Source: Promethearchaeota archaeon
GTDB taxonomy: Archaea; Asgardarchaeota; Lokiarchaeia; Sigyniarchaeales; SOKP01
Reading direction: 5' to 3'
Assembly (NCBI GenBank): GCA_048938445.1
Contig: JBHLME010000015.1
Span: 1 to 49,634 of the forward strand
DNA length: 49,634 nucleotides
This document shows, in pieces, positions 39,356 to 49,215 of the stretch; position 1 is the stretch's first letter, and each line of letters opens with the position of its first letter. A model generated the notes under the pieces. The model did not search any database. It had not been told where the DNA came from and saw nothing but the letters and a program-made list of their open reading frames with translations. The translations under genes were made by a program, and so were the position numbers.

Positions 39356-40183
39356 TCACTTACCTTTAAAGACAGGAGCTCTTTTTTCGCTTAAAGAGCG
39401 CGTAGCTTCTCGAAAATCCCGTGTTTTAAAAGCCGCAAGATTTCCCTTGTTTTCATCATCGAGAATGTTAGAAAGGATGTCTCTAAAGTATCCATGCATG
39501 AGTTTTTTCATTGCCCTTATTGCTCCAAGAGGGCTATTAGGAGGGAGCAAGCGCATCGCTTGTTCTCTTGCATAAGCCATCAACTTCTCTTCGGGTAAGA
39601 CTTTATTTACAATCCCCAATTTCTCAGCATCTTTAGCAAATATTTTTTCGGCGAAATATATTATTTCTTTTGCTTTCTGGAAGCCAACGTAAAAGGGTAA
39701 AATATAAGATGAGCCAAATTCTGGAAGCACGGCTCGCTTTGCAAAATAGAATCCTAAATATGCCTCTGGGTTATCTGTCATATAAATTAAATCGGCACCT
39801 ATCAGTGGCATCGTGATGCCTGCCCCAATAGCTAATCCATTAATCACGGCAATAATCGGTTTAGAAAAATCCCACAATTTTAAAGTTAATTTTTTTTGTG
39901 CGATATCTTGCAAGTTGATCTGTTCCATAATTTCCGAGGGGGTTGATGCCAATTCCTTAAAATTAAAATAGCCTCCTGAAGAAAAAGCCCTTCCCTCTTC
40001 CGAACCTGTGATTATCAAGACTTTGGTATTTTTATCTTTTTCCATATCATCTAAAACAGTCATAATTTCCAAGAATGTGATGGGTGTCATCGCATTCCTT
40101 CTTTCAGGAGCATTGATCGTGAGAGTACAAATTCCATTAGGTTCTTTTTCATATATTAAATCTTTAATTTCAGTTATATCCAT
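39356..40183 (-). CDS. Enoyl-CoA hydratase/isomerase (crotonase family)
   Basis: PERRNAM, AFSSGG, KPIIAVINGLAIGAG, LPEFGSS, AEKLGIVNKV. Only one catalytic-type Glu is evident (isomerase-like). Confidence 0.9.
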   Translation of the reverse strand: MDITEIKDLIYEKEPNGICTLTINAPERRNAMTPITFLEIMTVLDDMEKDKNTKVLIITGSEEGRAFSSGGYFNFKELASTPSEIMEQINLQDIAQKKLTLKLWDFSKPIIAVINGLAIGAGITMPLIGADLIYMTDNPEAYLGFYFAKRAVLPEFGSSYILPFYVGFQKAKEIIYFAEKIFAKDAEKLGIVNKVLPEEKLMAYAREQAMRLLPPNSPLGAIRAMKKLMHGYFRDILSNILDDENKGNLAAFKTRDFREATRSLSEKRAPVFKGK

Positions 40184-40220
40184 AAACTATCATCCTTTTG
40201 AGTAGGGAATTAATTAAGAT

Positions 40221-41504
40221 TTATAAAAGTTTAAAATGTTGTCTTAAGGCCATACTCATTATATACTGTTGAATTTGTCTTGTGCCTCCTCCAATCTCCT
40301 GAATTCTTGAGATTCCTAGAAGGTCACTCATTAAAGTATTATCACATACACCTGCACCACCCATTAAATTAGCACATTCATAACAAACGCGTTCTGTCAA
40401 TTTTGCACTTTGATATTTCAACTGTGATACGGTTGCCATTAATGCTAAGCTGTATTCTTTAGGAATGTTATTTCCAAATTGCTCCATTTTTTCATCAATA
40501 ATTTGACTCACGTGAAGGGCAGCAAGCGTTAGATTCATGGTTTTTGCCCATAAATTCGTCAACGGAAATCCCGTTCCTTGAAATTTTAAAATTTCTTGAT
40601 TAAATTGTTTTCGTAAATTAGCATAAATAACTGCATGAGACACCGCATTCCACGCTTCTGCTATGTTAAGAATGACTATTCCCATCCTTTCCAAATTTAA
40701 TCCTTCAAAGAGGTGATCCCTTCCAACACCTGGAGGTCCCAACACACACTCCTTTGGAACCTTCAAATTTGTAAAGGTCTCTTTTCCAATATAAATCCGA
40801 GGTGTCCAAGGGATGTTCACTCGCTCAGTGCGCCATCCTTCCCATGATGTATCAACTAAAAACTGAGCCATCGTGTTTCCATTATCTTTTTCGGCGCAGG
40901 CATAAACTATTGCCCAATCTGCTTTAGGGCCGTTTGTTTGATAAATTTTTTCTCCATTTATTAGATAACTTCCATCTTCCTGTTCATCACATTTAGTTAA
41001 CATATGAACCGCATCTGAACCCCTCTCTGGTTCTGTTATACATATGCATCCTATTTTTTCTCCCGTGACTATTTCTCTCAATGCGCGGAGTCTGATATCA
41101 ATCCCATCATTATGCATGAACAATGGATTGACGCAAAGGACTGAAGCACCCATTCCCATAGCTAGTTGTGGATCAAAAAAGTCGGTTGCTAAAACCCGCA
41201 TGAACTCGACCATCATACCATATTCTTTATAATTCAATCCTAAATTTTCAAAATCACTAATACGGGTCACTAACCCTTCTTTTCCAAGTTCAGGAATCCA
41301 CTCATAATAATCTTCTTTATGGGTAATTTTGTTCTTTTCTTCAAACCTTACATAAAATTTTTGTATTTTTTTAAGGAAATTAAAATTTTCAGGTTTTAAA
41401 ACGCTCAATAAATTGTTATTGAGAAACTTATATCGATTTTTAAGACTTAATTTCTCTAAAATATCATCATTAATACATTGCACATCCCATCTTTTATTCT
41501 CCAT
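40221..41504 (-). CDS. Acyl-CoA dehydrogenase
   Basis: ITEPERGSDA, INGEKIYQTNG, RKQFN, GGAG, EIGGGTRQIQ. Lacks the MCAD-type YEG Glu but has LNLERM (IVD/LCAD-type position). Confidence 0.92.
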   Translation of the reverse strand: MENKRWDVQCINDDILEKLSLKNRYKFLNNNLLSVLKPENFNFLKKIQKFYVRFEEKNKITHKEDYYEWIPELGKEGLVTRISDFENLGLNYKEYGMMVEFMRVLATDFFDPQLAMGMGASVLCVNPLFMHNDGIDIRLRALREIVTGEKIGCICITEPERGSDAVHMLTKCDEQEDGSYLINGEKIYQTNGPKADWAIVYACAEKDNGNTMAQFLVDTSWEGWRTERVNIPWTPRIYIGKETFTNLKVPKECVLGPPGVGRDHLFEGLNLERMGIVILNIAEAWNAVSHAVIYANLRKQFNQEILKFQGTGFPLTNLWAKTMNLTLAALHVSQIIDEKMEQFGNNIPKEYSLALMATVSQLKYQSAKLTERVCYECANLMGGAGVCDNTLMSDLLGISRIQEIGGGTRQIQQYIMSMALRQHFKLL

Positions 41505-41591
41505 TTAATATATCACTCATTAAAACCAGTTATTGATTAATAATAATCATGATATCCAACCTTTAATATATTATTAAGCTATAAAAAAAAG

Positions 41592-43325
41592 TTATATTTT
41601 TCTCAAGACTTTCTTATCGAGCTTTCCAATTGCCGTGAGGGGTAAGTTTTCTCTTATTTCAATTATTTTAGGAACTTTATATGAAGCTAAATTTTCTCGC
41701 GCAAATTCTAATATATCTGCTTGGAGTTGTTGAGTATTAGAATGATCTTTTTTAAGGAGGACATATAATTTTACGATTTCAGAGCCAGGTTTATCTGAAT
41801 CAGGGATTCCAACAGTTGCACAAAGTTCTATTGCGGGATGTTTACTCATTTTATCGTCAATTTCCACGCTGAAGACTTTAAATCCAGAGACAATAATCAT
41901 GTCTTTTGTACGATCAACAATCGTAATGAATCCATCTTCATCCATTATCCCAACATCTCCAGAATAAAACCATCCATCTTTTAGAGCATTCTTCGTTTCT
42001 TCTGGTTTATTCCAATAGCCTTTAAAAATCTGAGGTCCCTTGATAACAACTTCTCCGGGTTCTCCTAAAGGAACGGTTTTTTGCCTATCTGTAGTATCAA
42101 CTAGCTTCACTTCCGTGTTTGGAAGAGGAATTCCAACAGAACCAACTTTTCTCTTACCACGATAAGGATTCATAGTGACTAAAGGAGATGCTTCAGTCAT
42201 TCCATATACTTCTACTACCTTATGTTTTCCTACTAGTTCCTCAAATTGATTTATACTCTCAGAGGGAAAGGGTGCTGCTCCCGAAACAAATCCCTTGAAA
42301 CTTGTAGAATCTATTTCATGAAATCCCGGATAATTATACAACATTAAATAAAGCGTGGGGACATTACACATTATGGTTGGAGAATGTTCCTTAATTTTTT
42401 TAGTAATGAATTTCACGTCTCGAGGATCGGGAATGAGAATTTGAAGAGAGGCAAGACTAATGGAGATCAAGTTAAAAGCCATCCCTGCTAAATGAAAGAG
42501 TGGAAATCCACTAATTAATATTTCATTTCCCCTTTCACTATCCGCTGAAATCCAATGATTTATTTGTTGAATGTTAGAAATAAGGTTTTTATGAGTTAAT
42601 ATTGCACCTTTCGGAACTCCCGTGGTTCCACCCGTATATTGAAGAAATGCAATATCGTTTGTAGGATCAAAATCTATCTCAGGAGCATTTTCATTTGAAT
42701 ATTCCAAGTTGTTCATGATTTCCTTATAACCAAAATAACATAAATTTTCAACAGGTTCAACCCTTCCATGAGGAATCTTGTTAAGCTTTTTTGCAATCCA
42801 TTTAATCATTGATGGTAAGTACATTGTATCTGCAATATTAGTTGTTATAACTGTTTTTATGTCTGATTTTCCTGTGGAAAGTGCAGCTCGCACTTCTTGC
42901 TCGTAAAATGAATCCATGGTGAACAATACAACAGCACCACTATCTTGTAATTGATAAAGGATCTCAGTGGGTTTTAGTAGAAAACTCATACCCATAGATA
43001 TACAACCTGCATAAAACGTGCCGAATAATGCAACTAAATATTGTGGAGAGTTGGGGAGGTGTATTGCCACCCGATCTCCTTTCTTCACTCCGTTCTGTAT
43101 TAAAAAATTAGCAAATCTAATTACATCCTTTTCAAATTCCTTGTAAGTAGCAGTGGCTCCTCTAAAATCATAACAAGGTCGGTCAGGAAAGTCATTTACG
43201 GCTCGTTTTAATAATTCAACTAAAGTTATTACTTCAATATTAATAATTTCTTCTACATCTTCATCATATGACTTTTTCCAAATCTTTGCAGAATAAGGAT
43301 CTACTTGGTGACCATTTTCCATCAT
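41592..43325 (-). CDS. Long-chain fatty acid-CoA ligase (FadD-like)
   Basis: QYTGGTTGVPKG, EVYGMTE, YSGD, DRTKD, GKLDK. Confidence 0.93.
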   Translation of the reverse strand: MMENGHQVDPYSAKIWKKSYDEDVEEIINIEVITLVELLKRAVNDFPDRPCYDFRGATATYKEFEKDVIRFANFLIQNGVKKGDRVAIHLPNSPQYLVALFGTFYAGCISMGMSFLLKPTEILYQLQDSGAVVLFTMDSFYEQEVRAALSTGKSDIKTVITTNIADTMYLPSMIKWIAKKLNKIPHGRVEPVENLCYFGYKEIMNNLEYSNENAPEIDFDPTNDIAFLQYTGGTTGVPKGAILTHKNLISNIQQINHWISADSERGNEILISGFPLFHLAGMAFNLISISLASLQILIPDPRDVKFITKKIKEHSPTIMCNVPTLYLMLYNYPGFHEIDSTSFKGFVSGAAPFPSESINQFEELVGKHKVVEVYGMTEASPLVTMNPYRGKRKVGSVGIPLPNTEVKLVDTTDRQKTVPLGEPGEVVIKGPQIFKGYWNKPEETKNALKDGWFYSGDVGIMDEDGFITIVDRTKDMIIVSGFKVFSVEIDDKMSKHPAIELCATVGIPDSDKPGSEIVKLYVLLKKDHSNTQQLQADILEFARENLASYKVPKIIEIRENLPLTAIGKLDKKVLRKI

Positions 43326-43473
43326 TTTAAGTCACTCTTAAAAGTAATTAAAAATAGGTACTGGAGAACAATTAGATAATTCTATATTTAAAATTAATGA
43401 AATTTGATCAAAAATGTCGAGGATAAATAAAAAAAGAGAGTATAATAAGATTAAATTTTCGATGGTTAGCTAT

Positions 43474-43731
43474 TTAATTGCATACTAAATCAAGGTCATT
43501 ATATACTTCGATAATCTTATGGAGTCTTGATAAATTATTACCATCTGTAATCTTATATATATGAATCGTCCCGTCAGTATTTACAGATTGGCTAATTGTC
43601 TTGATTAACTGCTCTGTTGATGACCCGCGAACAATTAGAACGTTTTCAAAAATTGGTTCCAATTCACCATCAGGCCTCAAAAAAACAGCTTCGAAATATA
43701 CATTGTTTACTATTCCAAACATTCTAACCAT
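43474..43731 (-). CDS. Small hypothetical protein
   Basis: 85-aa ORF; AGGAG SD fits the second ATG (MFGIV). Confidence 0.6.
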   Translation of the reverse strand: MVRMFGIVNNVYFEAVFLRPDGELEPIFENVLIVRGSSTEQLIKTISQSVNTDGTIHIYKITDGNNLSRLHKIIEVYNDLDLVCN

Positions 43732-43735
43732 CTCC

Positions 43736-43852
43736 TTATTTGATATTTTTTAATTTTTTTTGTTGTAAGTTTTTATTAATTTTTTGAAAACAATAATCCA
43801 TGAGATTTACCAAAAGATGCCTCAATCCATATTTTATTATTTTTTTATCCAT
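43736..43852 (-). CDS. Putative 38-aa basic microprotein MDKKIIKYGLRHLLVNLMDYCFQKINKNLQQKKLKNIK*
   Basis: Hand translation; stop abuts the SD of the next ORF; low-complexity DNA. Confidence 0.3.
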   Translation of the reverse strand: MDKKIIKYGLRHLLVNLMDYCFQKINKNLQQKKLKNIK

Positions 43853-43965
43853 TTTTTTGGTTATTTATTGAAGGCTATTTTTTTATCTCTTTTTTCTTGT
43901 AAACCTCTTATGTTTATTTTTTCAGTATTTCTTACAATATTTTTGTTCATTCTTAACTCATGTTT

Positions 43966-44142
43966 TCATTCATGAGCGACTAAATAGGTGTATTTTGTTA
44001 AATCAAAGTGTTCAATTTTAATTTCCAAATCTTGTTTCTCGTCTTTTGTTATGGGCGTCTTAACAACAAGTTTATGTTCATCTATGTATAAGTTGCTGTA
44101 GAAGAGTTTTTCCCTTTTATCAAAGTCGAGAAACAATCCCAT
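43966..44142 (-). CDS. 58-aa hypothetical protein MGLFLDFDKREKLFYSNLYIDEHKLVVKTPITKDEKQDLEIKIEHFDLTKYTYLVAHE*
   Basis: Hand translation; strong SD GAGGTGG just upstream of the ATG. Not in the ORF track. Confidence 0.65.
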   Translation of the reverse strand: MGLFLDFDKREKLFYSNLYIDEHKLVVKTPITKDEKQDLEIKIEHFDLTKYTYLVAHE

Positions 44143-44225
44143 TTTACCACCTCTAATATTTTTTTTATTTTTTTATTTTTTTTAAAAATTATTTTATTTC
44201 TTAATTATATTTAGGTAGTAATATA

Positions 44226-44240
44226 TATATAAACCTTTCG
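44226..44240 (-). promoter_or_regulatory. BRE-TATA promoter (CGAAAGG-TTTATATA)
   Basis: Matches the archaeal BRE/TATA consensus upstream of the small-ORF chain. Confidence 0.6.
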
Positions 44241-44323
44241 GAATATATATTGGATATATTATATATACACTAAATAAAAAAAAAAATAAAAAGAATAACA
44301 AGAAAAATAATTAGAAATTAATT

Positions 44324-46024
44324 TTATTTTGTTTCAACAGATAATATTTTCTTCTCTTTTCGTTTTTCTTCTTTTTCTCGCAAACTTCTTCTCAATACTT
44401 TACCAACGGCGCTTTTTGGAAAATTACGTACGAATTCTACTTCTCTTGGATATTTATAAGCCGCTAAATTTTCTTTTCCAAACTCAATTATGTCTTGTTC
44501 AGATACTTTTCCTTTATATTCTTTTTTAAGTAGTACGAATGCTTTAATATCTTCTCCTTTCACAGGATCTTTAACTCCTATTACCGAGCATTCTTGAATT
44601 GCTGGATGTTCATGGAGGACTTCTTCGATCTCTCGAGGATATACACTATGCCCCTTATATTTTATCATGTCCTTAATACGATCAAGTATAAAAGTATACC
44701 CCTCATCATCCATTTTTGCATAATCTCCTGTCCTCAACCAACGGTAACCTCCTGCTTCAAAAAATACGTTCTTAGTCTCTTCAGGTCTATTATGATATCT
44801 TACCATAACTTGTGGACCTGAGATAACTAACTCCCCTGGATCCCCAATAGGTAAGAAATTTAAATTCTCATCAATCACTCCAACGAGCGTGTTCGCGAAC
44901 GGATGACCTGTCGAACCGTATTTTTTTTTTCCCCATGGAGGAGACATGATTGCAGCAACACTAGTTTCACTTAAACCATATCCTTCTGCCATTTGAAAAC
45001 CCGTGCGCTTTTCCCATTCCTTTGCAAGTTCTGAAGGTAAGGCTCCAGCGCCAACATTCGAGTATTTTAAACAAGAAATGTCAACATCGACAATATGAGG
45101 AGAATTCAACAGATTTATGAACATCGTAGGGACTCCGAGCAACATGTTAGGTTTATGCTCCTTTATGATTTCTGCAATTTTTGGAATATCAAAAGTAGGT
45201 AATACATAAGCTTTTCCTCCAACCATGGGTCCCATTGCTAACTCACATACTTGACCGTAAATATGATACCAAGGCAATACGGAGAGACCAGCAACGTCTT
45301 CTTTTAAATAATGTTCTTTCAAGTATAATACAAATTGTTCTATTGCGTGAATCATTGAAACAATATTATAATGGGATAAACAAGCACCTTTAGGTAGCCC
45401 TGTAGTTCCTCCAGTATATTGAATGACGGCAATATCCTCTTTAGGATTGATATCGACGTTATAATCAGAAAGGGGTTCTGCATGTTTCTCCATTAGCGTG
45501 TTATAGTGAATGATTTTATCATCTTCGGGTACTTCGGGGATTTTTCCTTCTATATTAACTACAATTACTTTTTCTAGGAGTAGATTATCGGCTACTTTTT
45601 GATATTGCTTGATAAACCTATCAATTATTATAAGGTATTTCGCACCAGAATCTTGTAATTGATATGCTAATTCTCTTGCGACGAAAAGTGGACTAATTGC
45701 TGTCATCGTTGCTCCAACATATAATGATCCAAAATATGTAATTCCAAAATGAGGACAATTTGGGAGCCAAAGTGCTACAACATCTCCTTTTTTAGCTCCT
45801 AAGTCTACTAATCCTGCTGCAAATCTTCTTGTTAAGATATTTAATTCTTTAAAGGTAAATTCTATTCCATAAAAGTCCATACAAATTTTATCCGGGAACT
45901 CTTTTTGACCTCTTTCAAAAACATCAATAAAGGTCATATCTTCTGGAAATTCAAGATCTACGGTAATCCCAGGAGCTAAATAATCCTTCCAATAGCGATT
46001 TTTGATATAATCTGGAAGTTCCAT
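44324..46024 (-). CDS. Long-chain fatty acid-CoA ligase (FadD-like)
   Basis: QYTGGTTGLPKG, EGYGLSE, LRTGD, DRIKD, GKVLRR; SD AGGAGGTGA. Confidence 0.93.
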   Translation of the reverse strand: MELPDYIKNRYWKDYLAPGITVDLEFPEDMTFIDVFERGQKEFPDKICMDFYGIEFTFKELNILTRRFAAGLVDLGAKKGDVVALWLPNCPHFGITYFGSLYVGATMTAISPLFVARELAYQLQDSGAKYLIIIDRFIKQYQKVADNLLLEKVIVVNIEGKIPEVPEDDKIIHYNTLMEKHAEPLSDYNVDINPKEDIAVIQYTGGTTGLPKGACLSHYNIVSMIHAIEQFVLYLKEHYLKEDVAGLSVLPWYHIYGQVCELAMGPMVGGKAYVLPTFDIPKIAEIIKEHKPNMLLGVPTMFINLLNSPHIVDVDISCLKYSNVGAGALPSELAKEWEKRTGFQMAEGYGLSETSVAAIMSPPWGKKKYGSTGHPFANTLVGVIDENLNFLPIGDPGELVISGPQVMVRYHNRPEETKNVFFEAGGYRWLRTGDYAKMDDEGYTFILDRIKDMIKYKGHSVYPREIEEVLHEHPAIQECSVIGVKDPVKGEDIKAFVLLKKEYKGKVSEQDIIEFGKENLAAYKYPREVEFVRNFPKSAVGKVLRRSLREKEEKRKEKKILSVETK

Positions 46025-46255
46025 TATGAAATCACCTCCTTAATGCGTTCATTTTTTGGATTTCAGATTACTTACTCTCACATAAAATTATATAATAATT
46101 TTTAATGTAAATTTTAAAATCCAAACACTTTATTTAAATATTTGCAAGTAAGTGATAAAAAATAATAGAAAGGTCATCAGAAATGATCATTACTTAATTA
46201 TTTTATGTCGAAAAATAACAGTTAAAATATTAAAAACTAAAAAAATTGAAAAAAG

Positions 46256-46846
46256 TTATTTAACATCTATTTTCTTCTTTTCTTTTTCTTCTATCTCCTT
46301 CTTTGGTAAATCAAGCTTTAAAATTCCTTTATCAAGTGTCGCATCAATCTTATCTTCATCAATATTTTCAGGCAACTTGAAACTTCTATAGTAGCTTGAA
46401 CTGGAATATTCTCTTCGAACGTAGCCATCCTTTTTTTCTTCATGATTATCTTTTCTTTCACCTTTAATCTCTAAATTACCATCGTGAATGGTTATTTCTA
46501 AGTCCCCCTTTTCCAAACCAGGTATTTCGGCAGTCAAATGATATCCAGCATCATCTTCAGTTATGTTAGATAATGGAGTCCTGAAAAATGGATCTGCGTC
46601 AAAGAATTTTAAGCTAAAAGGTTCAAAATCCCAAATTTTAGTGGGGCTCCAGAAAAAATCATCGAACCAACGAGTCATATCATTAAAGAATCGATCAATT
46701 GTTCCGAAGGTCGATAAAGGATGGTATCTTCGCATGCTCAATTCTCCTTTCTTTTCATCTTTAGAGATTTCCTCTTTTTTGGCTTCTTCTTCCGTTTTGG
46801 AGTGTTCTGTTTTAACTTCAATTTTTTTATCATCTACTTCGGTCAT
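46256..46846 (-). CDS. hsp20: Small heat-shock protein (Hsp20/alpha-crystallin)
   Basis: AEIPGLEK, LEIKGER, YYRSFKLPENID, ATLDKGILKLDLPK, C-terminal IDV motif; ATG 46846 preferred (GAGGTTGA upstream). Confidence 0.93.
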   Translation of the reverse strand: MTEVDDKKIEVKTEHSKTEEEAKKEEISKDEKKGELSMRRYHPLSTFGTIDRFFNDMTRWFDDFFWSPTKIWDFEPFSLKFFDADPFFRTPLSNITEDDAGYHLTAEIPGLEKGDLEITIHDGNLEIKGERKDNHEEKKDGYVRREYSSSSYYRSFKLPENIDEDKIDATLDKGILKLDLPKKEIEEKEKKKIDVK

Positions 46847-46886
46847 ATCTATCAACCTCTAAATTGTAATTTTTTATGGTTTAGGC

Positions 46887-46948
46887 GTCAATCCACAATT
46901 GACATATCCTTAATTAACATATATTGAATTGACTATTTAAATCTTTCG
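46887..46948 (-). promoter_or_regulatory. hsp20 promoter (CGAAAGA-TTTAAATA) and downstream palindrome GTCAAT-N5-ATTGAC
   Basis: TATA 46941-46934, BRE 46948-46942, inverted repeat 46887-46903. Confidence 0.55.
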
Positions 46949-47181
46949 ACTTAAAAATTAGGGAGAATAGGAGTGGAACTCTTAATAGAAGAAAAATATT
47001 ATTTTTTTTTTCGATTTTTTATAAATTGGTATTTTAATTCAATTAAATTTATTTTAAAATTCCTAAATGAACACCTCTTATTTTCAAGAAATTAAGCGGA
47101 GAAAGTTATACCTTAATACTTTATAAACTGAATTAATTTTATTATAATAAGAATTAAAGATCTAAAAAAAATGAATAAAAA

Positions 47182-47772
47182 ATGAGATCAAGTAGTAAAA
47201 AAATAATAGGTGGAGTCATCGGAGGCATTCTAGCTACTACTTTAATTATTGCGTTAATTCCTGTATTCATGTATGGATTTGCTGTTAACACGGTTACTAT
47301 TAATTATAATCCATTTTTCTCAATGTTTCCTTCCCCCTCTACTTCTGATGATTCAATATCAATTAATTCATTCGGATTTGGTTCATATGCTTTCACTGGA
47401 GGGACCCTTGAAGCAGAACATACGGTAATTAGTCCATATGCTTACTTTGATGTGAAAACAAAGGGAAATTGCGCTGGTACTGGAAGTCTTGACTTTAGTA
47501 GCATTCCTGGTTTTGAAGCAATTGATATTATCTTACTATTTCAATTGACTATTACAAATCCTCTTGCTCAATCAGTTACATTAGACTTTTCTTTACAGGA
47601 TATCGCAGGTGACCTTTCTATAGACATCATATTGGGTCCAGATATGATTCAAATCGTTAATGGAACATATCAAATGAGTTTATTTGCATTGCTCTCTTTG
47701 ACATATTCAGGAACTACATTATTTTCCGGAAATTTAACTATTGATGGCACCGTTGATGTTATTATTTATTAA
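47182..47772 (+). CDS. Membrane-anchored or secreted beta-rich protein
   Basis: Basic N-terminus plus one hydrophobic segment, then an acidic Ser/Thr/Gly-rich domain with NxT sequons. Confidence 0.75.
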   Translation: MRSSSKKIIGGVIGGILATTLIIALIPVFMYGFAVNTVTINYNPFFSMFPSPSTSDDSISINSFGFGSYAFTGGTLEAEHTVISPYAYFDVKTKGNCAGTGSLDFSSIPGFEAIDIILLFQLTITNPLAQSVTLDFSLQDIAGDLSIDIILGPDMIQIVNGTYQMSLFALLSLTYSGTTLFSGNLTIDGTVDVIIY

Positions 47773-47830
47773 TAATATAATTTTTTTATTTTTTTTTTAG
47801 TTTTTATTAAAATATGATTCATGATTATAA

Positions 47831-49087
47831 TTGAAGAATAAGAAAAGCTATTACGGGATTTTTTTACTTGTTACTTTTTTAATTATATTTGGAGCTAATA
47901 ATTTTATTAAAGAAAGCTCCTCGGCATCAGTTATTTCTACTGGAATCTTTGATGATCAAAGAATTATCGATCCTAATGAGCCTACTACAATTAATTTCAT
48001 ATTTATCGGATCTAAAGTGGATATTTTGACTGATGTTCAAGTAAATTTAAATACGACATTTTATCCTTTTGTTTTTTCTCGTCAAATTTCAATCATTATT
48101 AATGATACAGAACCCATAACTCTAAATATTGAATGTTTTTTTGATCTTAATAATTTTGTGGGAATTTTATTGGATGAATTACCCAATGAACCTACTTTAG
48201 AAGATATAGTTTTATTATATGAATATAATTGTTATTTTCGAATTACTAGTAATTCTACTATAGATAGATTGACTATACAATTTGATAAGAATATAGATTA
48301 TGACTTGGATCCTGATAAGCAATATACTTTAGCTGCTTTTATTAAAGGTGATCCTGCTTGGAATATAATTCCAACTGAAGAAAAAACGGTAGGTTCAACT
48401 TCCGATAGATATATAGAAAGTACTTTGACTAATGTCGATAGCACGGATTCAATCTATTTTACTATTTATGAAGAAATTACTCAAGTACAGCAACCCCCAA
48501 TTGATTGGACATTAATATTAAGCATTATTGTTTTAACTGCTATAATTTTAACATCTATTGTTATTGTCATTTCAAGACAAGAATACATTAAATACTTAAA
48601 AACAAGAAACATCCAACTTGGAAGTAATGGACATCGTTTAACATTGGAAGAAGTACTAGAAAATGAAAATCGAAGTACAATATTAGATTTAATTTTAAGT
48701 GAACCTGGAATTCATTTTAATGAGTTGCTTCGAAAAACTAATATCTCACCTGGAAATTTAGTTTGGCACCTTGACGTCTTACTAAGTTATAAAATCATAG
48801 GAAAAAAACGATTTGAAAATTATCTTGTTTATTTTCCTTATTATCAAGAAAATCCGCTCTCAAATATTGATTTAAAACTACAGAAAAGTGAACTAACCTT
48901 AAAATTGCTTAAAATAATTAAGAAAAATCCCGGGGTTTGTAATATTCAAATTGCTAAACAATTGAATATCAACAGAAAAACGATTCAATATCACTTGCAG
49001 AAATTATTAGACCATAATCTAATAACTAAGGAAAAAGTAGGAAGAAAAAATCATTTATACATAAAACCTGATAAATTAATTATTTAA
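47831..49087 (+). CDS. Transmembrane transcriptional regulator: signal/TM, extracellular domain, TM, tandem winged HTH
   Basis: N-terminal hydrophobic segment; TM WTLILSIIVLTAIILTSIVIVI; wHTH1 EPGIHFNELLRK..GNLVWHLDVL; wHTH2 NPGVCNIQIAKQLNINRKTIQYHLQKL. Confidence 0.8.
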   Translation: MKNKKSYYGIFLLVTFLIIFGANNFIKESSSASVISTGIFDDQRIIDPNEPTTINFIFIGSKVDILTDVQVNLNTTFYPFVFSRQISIIINDTEPITLNIECFFDLNNFVGILLDELPNEPTLEDIVLLYEYNCYFRITSNSTIDRLTIQFDKNIDYDLDPDKQYTLAAFIKGDPAWNIIPTEEKTVGSTSDRYIESTLTNVDSTDSIYFTIYEEITQVQQPPIDWTLILSIIVLTAIILTSIVIVISRQEYIKYLKTRNIQLGSNGHRLTLEEVLENENRSTILDLILSEPGIHFNELLRKTNISPGNLVWHLDVLLSYKIIGKKRFENYLVYFPYYQENPLSNIDLKLQKSELTLKLLKIIKKNPGVCNIQIAKQLNINRKTIQYHLQKLLDHNLITKEKVGRKNHLYIKPDKLII

Positions 49088-49215
49088 TTTCTGAAAACTT
49101 GATATTCATAATATGAATACCTTATTAAATTAATAAAATATGATTGGAAAACCACAATCATTTTAATATAAGATACTCGATCATTATAACATAAAAAAAA
49201 ATCTTGTGAAAGGAA

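Noticed and set aside
43784-43975. 63-aa Phe-rich plus-strand ORF
   Set aside because: Reverse complement of A-rich minus-strand sequence; promoter and SD signals point to the minus strand.
43861-44142. In-frame TGA at 43968-43966 as possible selenocysteine readthrough
   Set aside because: No redox motif or recognisable selenoprotein family, and no SECIS-like structure seen nearby.
1109-46927. Many short antisense or overlapping ORFs in the track (e.g. 1109-1369, 4754-4981, 10798-11316, 24945-25229, 46563-46862)
   Set aside because: They lie opposite well-supported genes, lack motifs and have the Ser/Ile/Phe-rich composition of shadow frames.
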